A DNA stretch of 33,756 bases, from positions 124,001 through 157,756 of the forward strand of contig NOWV01000183.1 in the NCBI GenBank assembly GCA_003344405.1, given 5' to 3'. Positions 24,001 through 33,756 of the stretch are shown here, in pieces (the first letter of the stretch is position 1; every line of letters starts with the position of its first letter). The notes beneath the pieces are model-generated. The model saw only the letters and a list, made by a program, of their open reading frames with translations, was not told where the DNA came from and made no database searches. Source of the stretch: Trichoplax sp. H2. Its lineage: Eukaryota. The position numbers and the translations under genes were made by a program.

Positions 24001-27000
24001 CTATCTGTTAACCAAATTTCACAGTTCAACACCTCCCGCCAGTCAATTAGAACCTTTAATGAATTAAATAATTTATCACTGTTGAAGCTATACTGTGCAT
24101 GATGACTCAGATATTTACATTTCATAATTTCATAATAGATAAACAGGACCGAGTGATTAAAGTAATGTCGTTACATATGTAACTCAAGGTAGCTTGATAT
24201 TGAATTAGCACAAGAAGTTACTGCCATAAGCAAGTAATAAGTTGGAAGTTTAAATAGAAAACAAAAAGACATGAATCAATATTTAAATATCGTTATTATC
24301 ATTTGTGTACATCTTATCGCATTTCATCTTATCCGACAACTATTATGCAGGTTGTAAGGAGCCTATTTTACTGTCTTCATCCGACCCAGGAAAAATTCTC
24401 ATTAGACAGATACAATATAAGAGTAGTTAGGGAAAAGGTTAAAAATCAATTGGTATAGCTTAATTCGAGACAAAACATATTCTTTATCGCATGAATAAAA
24501 TAATATCGCTGATTTCAATTTTTGGTTTAGTTCTATAAGTAATATTATTATTTTATCAGCTATTTTCACTAAAGCGTAGGTAAATTATGCGATCGAGTGC
24601 AAATAAATTGTCATCTTTAAAGAAATATGGTCCTACACTATATTTAATATAAAATAATCATAATGACAAATATACGATTACAAACCATAAAGTAGCCTCC
24701 ATTTTCTTGAGTTACTTATAGCTAAGACTATCTCGCGATAATTTTAGCTTCGTAAATCAGTAAACTAGCTTCTTAAACTAAACGTAGTAACCGCTACAGA
24801 TAAATTATTACACCTATCCAGATGAATGCAGGTAATAAATTAATGAGTCATTTATATTACGCACAAATTAGTACCAGTGCAAATACTCTAGGGACAAGCA
24901 CGTACGGACGTGAGATAACTTATTTTAAATAAATAATGAAAAACTTGTTTGTTTTTCCTTATTTAAAATTCTACTATAATGAAAACATGGAGGACAATAC
25001 ACTTTGGGATTAGTACCTAGATGATTCAACATTCCATGACTAAGTTAAAATTTAATCAGCAGTTGTTTTAAAATACTATTGAAATAATAACTATCTAATG
25101 TGGATTGTCTATTACAGGAAAATGCTAACCTTCCATATCTATTTACGATAAATTTAACCTATAGGTTATATAAAGGTATCTGATTTAGGATAAATGACAA
25201 AGAAATCTACTCTTGCGAATGAATTAGTCGAGAACTTGTTTCGGCTAAAAGTTTTAAATTTGGATAGAAATATTTATGTGTTACTCACAAATACACGCTA
25301 TAAAACAGCTGCTTTTCAAATATAGCTCAAAAAAAATATACAGTCAACTATAAATACTGAAGATAATTTGGAAGTCACATGAAAGTAAATTAGTTAAAAA
25401 ATTAAATTATTCGGATTTTATAGTTGATACATAAAAAAGTCAACCTACATTCCCGAAATTATTTCAAATTAAGCGAAACTAGTCTGGACTTTAACTCTTA
25501 CTTTATAAGCAAACAGATAAATAACTCTTATCTGATAGTTTACTTTTATAGTTGTTTCATTCTATCTAATAAAGTGTTATAAAAGTAACTCAAATTAGAA
25601 CGTTACTTTTATAACAATTACTTCCTATTCTAATCGATCGTGTGGATTTATTTATACAGGATTGATGATAAAGTCTTGACGTAACGATAAAATCATTAAT
25701 ATCTGGATAAATAATGCATTATGTCTTTAGTCAGCAGGATACTCTAGCAAAACTATAGGTGGTCTGGACAAGAATAGATATGATAGTAATAGAAAGCCGT
25801 TCTTTTACTCAAGTACAAAATAATTTTCCTTTCAGTTACCAACAAAATTATTATTTGCAAGCAGACAATAACTACTATTATGACTTTGTGGCTGCTATGA
25901 CTATACTCTCAATTTCTAAAAATGGTGATCGTAGCTATAAGTTGTCCCAATCTATAACATTTATAGCCTAATTTAGTGCTTCATAAAATAGCAACTGTTA
26001 CCTAAACTTCGTTTATTCTGATTTATCAGTTTAATGATCATCGATATTTGCCATGATAACCATTTAATGGTGAACTTTTAATTAATCTTAGAGTAAATCA
26101 GACCTGAATTTAATAATAATTATTACTATGAATTCTCCTGAAAGTTATAGATGTTATTGTGAATAACTTCTTTTGAAAGAGCATTATATTGTATTGCATA
26201 TTCCTATTTTCCATTTACTTTAATATAAATAACCAAAAAAGTTTATTTGGTCATACTGTATTATCTAGATAAAGTTAGTTTTAATAAGTTAATTTTAGAC
26301 AAGAATATATAGTTAGGTAAGACATCAATAGTATGTAAGATAGCATCATACAGTAGCTTTCTTCTCGTAATTAGGCGAATTTATCAATGAAATAAAGTGG
26401 AATAATATGAAATTAAACGATAATAATGTCAGAGTGACCTTTATGATATGATTATGATCCTTCAATGAAAAGATTTCATTGCGATATGTATGTGGCATAT
26501 TCTAAGATAACTCGAAAGTCAATAACGACCGAGACATTAAGCGAAAGGAGAACTTTAAACATTATCCCAAAAAACTTAAACTAATATTTACAAAAGTAAT
26601 AAAATGTAATAAGAGTATGAGATCACTTCAGATCGCTTTTATTAAACTGGAATCTGATGCTTAAAATCGCATTAATAGGAATAATTCTCCCCAAACAGAA
26701 ATATGGAGCAATGTTTTAATTAGCATAGCTTTTACTAAGGTAACAGTTCCTTCTATACAAATACTACAGTATAAGTAACGATACTATCTTTGCTATATAC
26801 TGTAATTGAACGATCTAGCTTGAAATGAAGGCGAAGTGAGCGATAGTACTTCCATATGAATTTTATATATTAGTTTAATATTTTTTCACTTTATGACAAG
26901 ATGAGCTGTAAGTAATGATTTTATACTCAAACTTTTAACGTAAATGCTTCATTTCTAATGAGAGCTAATTCATGCTCGTAGTAACAATAAGCAAGCAATA

Positions 27001-28008
27001 GACTGAAGTCAATACAGTGAGTTCAATAGTAAATTAAGATGTTTTACACCTGCTACATAAAGATAATTCACTTACGATTATATTTGCCATAATTATTCTG
27101 TGTTCCTCCTCCTTGCACTGGGTAGGACTAATTACACAAGAAAATGATAACTTTACACTTTAAGAAATAGGCAACAATTATATGCAAAATTCAGTCATAG
27201 ATAGAGTAAATTCTATGAAATGAGCGATTATTTATTATGCGAATAAAGACTTTTTTATTAATCGTACCTACAGTATTCGAGCAATATTATTTTTTATACA
27301 GCATGATACTCGTAAGGTGAAATCGAAGCGTTTAACATTTATTTTAAAAAACGATGATACGGTAAAGGATGTTAGTCTACTACTAAAAATAGGATATGAA
27401 CAATATGCAGGTTTGTCTATTCTACTGTTTCAACTATTAACAGATAATATGCAGGTATTAATGAGGAAATACTCTATTAGGTTCATTATTATTATTAACA
27501 ATCACTAAAATAATCTCTTATACGCGTACGTTATCTGTTATCATTTTAATTTGTTACCGGTGTTGTATAACGAAAAGATATCTCAGATAGAATTATACAG
27601 CTAGACAAGAGAGTAACTAGAGATTGAGAATATATCTAACTTAAAGACTGACATAACCCAAAGCTCTGACAATCCTATCTTATTGTATGAGACTACCAAA
27701 TAGTTCTACTGCTTTCCTTCCTGTATTTTAGTAACAGAAAAGTTCTATAGCTGCACTTATTACTAGCATTATGAAGATTTTTATATATCTTAGCAGAATT
27801 GAATAAAGCAATAAAATCGTTACAGGTATCATGATGTTCTTATTATCGTGGAAAACAGGCTAGGTTATGAGATTATTTTGCGCCTGTAAAACAAGTAGAA
27901 AATCCAGCTGAAAAACGCCTCACTAACCTGGTAATTGGACAATCCACTGTTATAACCATTCGATTGCCTTCCTTGATAATAGTCTGATCTACTCGTATTA
28001 GAATTCAT
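20751..28008 (-). CDS. Hypothetical prion-like low-complexity protein (Q/N/Y/S/G-rich N half, Arg-rich C half), 5 coding exons, 658 aa
   Basis: Exons 28008-27928 (MNSNTSRSDYYQGRQSNGYNSGLSNYQ|GTTAGT), 27127-27076 (SYPVQGGGTQNNYGKYN|GTAAGT), 22958-21555, 21389-21285 and 21085-20751 total 1977 nt. All introns are GT-AG, phases are compatible (0,1,1,1), and the compositional bias is shared. Confidence 0.8.
21285..21389 (-). CDS. Exon 4 of the prion-like protein (DNSVRPKPSARVSMKLRRPQQFYNQDNESGSNYDR)
   Basis: TTAG acceptor and G|GTAAAT donor; 105 nt, symmetric phase 1-1, open. Confidence 0.85.
21555..22958 (-). CDS. Large exon 3 of the prion-like protein
   Basis: Inside the 480-aa ORF 21541-22983; CTTCTAG acceptor and G|GTAAAC donor. 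Confidence 0.9.
27076..27127 (-). CDS. Exon 2 of the prion-like protein (52 nt)
   Basis: TTAG acceptor and GTAAGT donor; supplies the phase 0 to 1 link; Q/G/N/Y-rich. Confidence 0.72.
27928..28008 (-). CDS. First coding exon of the prion-like protein
   Basis: ATG with an in-frame upstream TAG and CAG|GTTAGT donor. A candidate acceptor at 28047-28048 implies a further upstream non-coding exon. Confidence 0.72.
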
Positions 28009-30720
28009 CTTCTAAGTAGCGGAAAATTCACAGTTTGCCGATACAGCTACAATCGAAAAATAAGAAATAAGACTAGAATTAACAAACTTAAGATAGGTAG
28101 AAATAACAAGAAAGACCGTTAGCTTAAGGCCAACGAACAAATAGAGTAAAATAGGTTGCCTTCTAAAACTATAAAACGCCAGTCACTAAATTCACTTATG
28201 TATAAATGTGAAGAGCTATGATAAAGTCGCCTCTATAGTGATGGTCTCCACTGAAGATAGGTACATGATAAAACATTTAACTTTAATTTTACACGATGGG
28301 AAAACTATTAAATAATCTCTAAACTAGACTTAATACAGTTGTCAGTTGCTTAGTGTCTAATTTAAAGTAATGGATAGACTAGACAGACTAATTACGAGTG
28401 AATCAATTAACTTCCAGACTGTTTCGTATAATAAAATCTTTATTATACAACTACGACTTGCCAATAGAAACGCTTTCAGATACTAATAATCTTCATTAGC
28501 ATAGCAGATAAAAAGTGATGTCAAAAATGAGCACGAGGAGAGAATACAAACTATCTTCAAATAAGGTAGACATTCAACTAATAGACTCTACGCTTATTAT
28601 GAAATGATCATCCAATGGTCGAAATAATATTATATACGATACTGGGACCCATAAGATAGTAAATAAGTCTAGGACTATTTCTGCCGGTAGCTAGCTTGGC
28701 AAATGGCAAGATCCAGTAAAAATGGGCGTAGTATGTATGGTTATGTGCACTTTTTTGGCAATATTGCCAAAACCAATGCCGATAGTGTAAGGAAGAAATT
28801 GAAAGAATCAATTACAGGTTACTGGAATTAAATGAACGATTGTTAGTCATAGAGCTGAATATGGTTCATATTTTGCTCATTAAATGCTTGGCCAGACACG
28901 CATTTTAAGAACATCAAATAATGTTATAATACCAATTTCCTTTGCTATTATCAGAATTACAGAAACTTTTCCACTCAAGATTCTAGTCCCTAATACTGAA
29001 AAGGTTGAAATTGTAGTCTGTTGTCTTTCAATGTATTGGCCGTGAAGGAAATTAAAAAAAGCTGAAATTGATACGTAGTCTGTTTTGCTATGATCTGTTG
29101 AAAATAACGATCGGTAAGGCTCATGGTTATAAAAGATGGCAACAAGGGTGTACAATCAATGCGCCGAAACCATGAAAGTAAAAATGATTTATTGATTAAA
29201 TGAACTTCATTTGAAAGTAACGGGTATCAGGATCGCCTAGGCAGGTGAAAAAAGTTCCGACATGGTTAAGAAAAGTCATACCAGACTTTGAGCAAAATTA
29301 CAAATTTTTCTCTTACTTTAATAAAAAATTAGCATGGTTCGAGGTATCAATATCGTAATGATTTGGAAACACCGTTCATGATAAGAAAGGTAATGATAAA
29401 ACACAGTTTAAGTAGCCTACTAGCCAATAATGATAAAATTAATTAGAAGGTACCGGTTAGCTGGGCAGATATAAATTAATTTAGCCTTCAAATTAAAAGC
29501 TTGAGTTACCGGTAACGAAGAAATAAACATGGAAGCGGTAGGAATGGATTAAAATCGAGCATCTAATTCATGACGCCTACTGCATGTGATATTATCAGGT
29601 TTTAGCACTAGACCACTAGATGGAAAAAACATGACGTCCTCTTGAAACGGACAACAGAAAATCACTTTTGCAGGGGCAATGGGTCCTTTAACGCCTCTTC
29701 ATAGAGAGAATACGGGATCACATAGATTATGAATTTATCGTCTCATTTTAATCAGTAATCACTGGGAGAAAAAGGAGTTTATGATCCAACACTTTGCTTA
29801 GTGCTGACGATACTATGAAATCATTTGAGGTGAACGCAGGGAGGCAATCTTCATTTTTGAGCTAATGACTACAACTAGAACGGAAATCGTGAGAGATTTG
29901 AGCTTGCCATATATTTTAATGGTATTACTCATAATAACGTTGTAGCAGCCGTTCAAAGAGAAGATATCAACGGATAGTCATGGATCAGATAATTTATTCC
30001 AAGTTTAAGATTTATCGGAAATAAATTAAATACTCAAAAATTTGAATTAGTCGTGTAGATAAAACAGGACAATAAGCATATATTTAAAATACGAATTTAA
30101 AACATGTCAAAATGGGAATAGTAAAATTAGTCCATAGGGCACACTACGCAAACTTATCGGAGAGCTAAACTGCTCTATTTGAAGGTTTTTTGATCATTTT
30201 CAATAATGATTGTAATTAAGAGACGGTAATTTTATTTAAAATGCGTTAGCAAAGGCAATAAGGAAAAGATATGGCGCGGGAACTGCCGTTAGTCAAGATC
30301 GCCAGAATTATCCTTTATGTTATACCAATAAAGAACAGAATTTTCTGGCCAACGCTTGATATAAGGTGATTACAGATTATGGGATAAAGATTTGGCTCCG
30401 GATAGAGTGACTTTAACTATTTAAAGTTCAAGAATTTCATGACATAGACCGACACTGTTTAAAGTTAATTGTAGTACTAGCTCGACAGTATCATGCTATA
30501 GTGCCGGTGATAATTATAATCCGCTATACTTACACTATCTTATTGACTTTGAATATGGTAGATAGATGTAATACTAGCATAAAATACCAATAAATCAAAA
30601 AAAGGATACCAGCAAATGGAAGTAACTCAATTGTAGATGCTATGACCCGAAGTTATTTGAAATAAGAAACATACACCGTTCGATATTCAATCACCTAAGA
30701 AAATTTGTTCGGTAATGGTT

Positions 30721-30751
30721 GTAAGTTGGTAGTAAGTTGGTAGTAAGTTGG
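30721..30751. repeat. 11-bp tandem repeat (GTAAGTTGGTA) x ~3
   Basis: gtaagttggta gtaagttggta gtaagttgg is directly visible. Confidence 0.85.
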
Positions 30752-32399
30752 CTTTACACTGTTAGCGTGTAAACTATTAACGCTCGACAATGGCTACACA
30801 GTGAGTCAATCATTTTAGCCTTGTTGGGAATAAACGGGTAGAGATGGAGACAAAAAAAAAGGAAGGCATTGAGATAGAGGTTAAAATATAAGTAGTAACT
30901 GTTGTTGTTGTTGTTTTTGTTGATAGAAATAAGAGACAAAAGATACATGTGCTATGTTGCAAAATGAAGTTTTGTCTATAAGGAATTGATGCTAAATTAG
31001 CCGTTGACAGAGTAAAAAGAAGAGTAAGAGATTAGTAGTTTGAAGCTATTAGATCACTTTTTTTTCAGCATTTATTTCTACTTGATAGTATAGAAAAAAC
31101 GGTGGTTGCCCTTGTTTTTTCTGGGGGAGGGGGCGATCCAGAAAAACAAGTATAGATTGATTAAACTGATCGTTTGATCAATTTGAACTTCCTATTCCAT
31201 TAGAAAAAGTGATTTTTCCTCGGATTAAATTATACTCTCTTCCATCTATCATTATGCCTTTTTACAACACTTTATTCTATTAGGTATAATCGACTCACAT
31301 TGATATAAAACCAAACTTAGCAAACGGTAAGAATTAAAACTAGTAACACAGTCGTTATTTTCCATTTTACCAGCGTTACTTGCAGAAAAATGATCAAAAG
31401 TCATATTCTGGTTTAACGTTAAAATAATATATTTAAACTTACCTATTGACTCACTCAAGTTTGTAATAAAAAAAGGCCAATAACTAAATGAAAGCCGAAT
31501 TGTTGTATTTTTTTCCTCTTTCCTTTTAATTAATGCTAGTATCGTTGAATAATCCAATTGAATCGCAATCTTCTTTTATCTAAATATATCAGCAAGATTT
31601 AGTGGATAGGATAAATTTGAACGACAGTATTGAGTAATGATTTATACTAGCGATTCAGTATGGGGTTTGGCTAGCTTAAGTTAGCTTTAATAACAGCACG
31701 CCGATATCAAATTATGCAAACTAACTGGATCGATTTTGGTATACCATGTATTGCTACGATGAGGAGATGAGTAGCTATACAATTTGAATTTTTTATCATG
31801 GCTTTAGCCTTGACTCATAGATAATTTTATTCTATTCATTTCTTAATTGTTTTCCCTTCTTGTCTTCTCCTCGGCAAGGATAAAAGATGCTAAACGTGAT
31901 CGATTGACCAATAATACAACACTTACCACTGCGGGGTATACATATGGTGTTGAAGAATACAATTATTGTCATTAGTATTCATATTATGACTTTCTTCTAT
32001 CATGCTGATTTAAATTAGATCGCCATCACCACGCCCAGACGCTCAGTTATTGCCCTTAGTGACAAGGAATGTTATTCTATCAATCATTGACATTGGCTTT
32101 CAATTAATGAATCATGGCGAAATAATGTTCAAATCCACAACCGTTGTTATTTAATCATTTCAACGACCCAAAGCCATTAATACAATAGATTAACTTCTAT
32201 TTATTTCCATCATCAAAGGTATAGATGGCAATTGGCGTGGCTTGATTTCAATGTTAAATGTATCTTGACAGTTAGCCTGTACAAATAGCTTCAATATGTT
32301 TTCCCATATTAAACTAGTTAGTAGTGAATCCATTCTATCCATTCGATCACGTGAAGGAGCTCAACGACTGTCTGTTTAAATGACAGGGTTTGTCATCAA

Positions 32400-33158
32400 T
32401 CCAAGTTAGCGGAAGAACTTTTTTCTGTAATGGTATCCTTCATAGCAGGCTCATCATGACATCTATAATTACATATGGAATAATATGGAAAGAACGGTAG
32501 AAAGATCGAATTGTGTACTTTAAATGCCAGTTAGTAGAGGAACTTTTTCGCCAAAGACATTCTCTTCGTAACGGGCTCATCATAACGTGTACCGTTAAAT
32601 ATAAAATAATGAGATCATAATAGTGCAAAGATTGAAATATGTACTTTAAATATAATTTGGTGGAAGAACTTTCCAGGTAGAGACATTTCCTTCATAATGC
32701 GCTCATCATAACGTCTACAATTACATATGAAATAATATAAAAATAGTAGAAAGATTGAAATATATAGATCGAATATGCACATTAAATGCTAGCTAGCAAA
32801 GAAACTTTTTCGCTAAAGACATTTCTTTCAATACGGTCTCATTATAAGTCCTATAATTACATATGAAATAGTGTGACAATAATAAAAAAGAGATCGAAAT
32901 GTATGCCTTAAATGCCAATTAGTGGACCTTTTTCGGCAAAGACATTCCCTTCATAACGGGCTCATCATAAGTTCTACGATTATACAAGAAATAGGGTGAC
33001 AATAATAGTAGAAAGGTCGAATTATATGCGTTAAATGCCCGTTAGCAGCAGCACTTTTTCGGCAAAGATATTTCTTTAACAACGGACTCCTCATAACGTC
33101 TACAATTACGTATCAAATAATGTGAAAATAATCGTAGAAAGATTGAAATATATACTTT
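32400..33158. repeat. Diverged tandem array of six ~126-bp units
   Basis: The anchor GCTCATCAT (or variant) occurs at 32449, 32575, 32701, 32837, 32960 and 33086, giving spacings of 126, 126, 136, 123 and 126. Shared blocks include TTAAATGCC, AACTTTTTCG..AAAGACATT and GTAGAAAGATYGAAAT. Confidence 0.92.
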
Positions 33159-33378
33159 GTACGGGATAGGCTACTAGCTTATTTTAGTCGAGAATATGTT
33201 ATAATATTAAGAACTTTTTCTTTCTATGAGTGGATACATATGTAGAATTGAAATATCTGGATTGACTTTAGTGATGTGAAGAATTAGTCAATTCGTTAAA
33301 ATAGGGCCGCTATCAAGGCTTTGGATTAAATTTCAAACTGTATCCAGTAGCCGTAAAATTATGATACATTACAGCTAG

Positions 33379-33428
33379 NNNNNNNNNNNNNNNNNNNNNN
33401 NNNNNNNNNNNNNNNNNNNNNNNNNNNN
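33379..33428. other. Assembly gap (50 N)
   Basis: Run of n characters. Confidence 1.
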
Positions 33429-33756
33429 GAGCGAGTAGTGACGCCTGGTGGCAGGTTTACGGTAGGACAGAGGAGAGTAGGATAAGTAAGAAACGGGAAT
33501 CCGATTGTTGCAAACGACGTTGTGACAATTATATTTATTAATAATAGCTGAAGTATGAATCTTGAGGTTAGCTCATTTTAAGATTTAAAAGAATAACTTC
33601 TATGAGTGTTATATCAGATAAATAATTAACTTCTGAAACGAAGATAAACCAGATTAGGACCCAAATAATGTATCTAGCCGTCGGTCTTACCGCATTGGTA
33701 ATTTCTTGAATATTGTACTTAATATCTTGATCAAATCATTAGGTAGATATCACAAC

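Noticed and set aside
28608..31557. Short minus-strand ORFs (28608-28811, 28880-29155, 30754-30948, 31252-31557)
   Set aside because: They have AT-rich random composition, no recognisable motifs, and no compatible splice chain.
32433..32440. Second GTATCCTT (U12 donor-like)
   Set aside because: It lies inside a tandem-repeat unit with no upstream exon or matching branch site.
32400..33158. CRISPR-like array
   Set aside because: Eukaryotic context, whole units are homologous with no unique spacers, and there are no cas genes.

Overview
AT-rich eukaryotic (animal-like) genomic DNA with spliced genes. The compact introns, retained minor-spliceosome intron and abundant TACTG/CAGTA repeats suggest a basal metazoan such as a placozoan; this is inference only. 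Three minus-strand genes can be assembled by hand. (1) A complete 8-exon PP2A B55 regulatory subunit gene (PPP2R2/twins family, 443 aa, 2471-7696), whose intron 5 is U12-type. (2) An unassigned Ser/Thr/Lys/Arg-rich disordered protein (at least 469 aa, 10815-12742, possibly with an upstream microexon) carrying repeated RxxS[LI][GS]x[ILV] motifs. (3) An unassigned 5-exon, 658-aa protein (20751-28008) with a Q/N/Y/S/G prion-like N-terminal half and an Arg-rich C-terminal half. Non-coding structure includes islands of quasi-palindromic GTACT/AGTAC pentamers near the B55 5' end and the window start, a perfect 60-bp tandem duplication, a diverged 6-copy ~126-bp tandem array near a 50-N gap, and microsatellites. 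A small divergent plus-strand gene upstream of B55 is possible but unproven. No tRNA, rRNA, CRISPR array or transposase was recognised.
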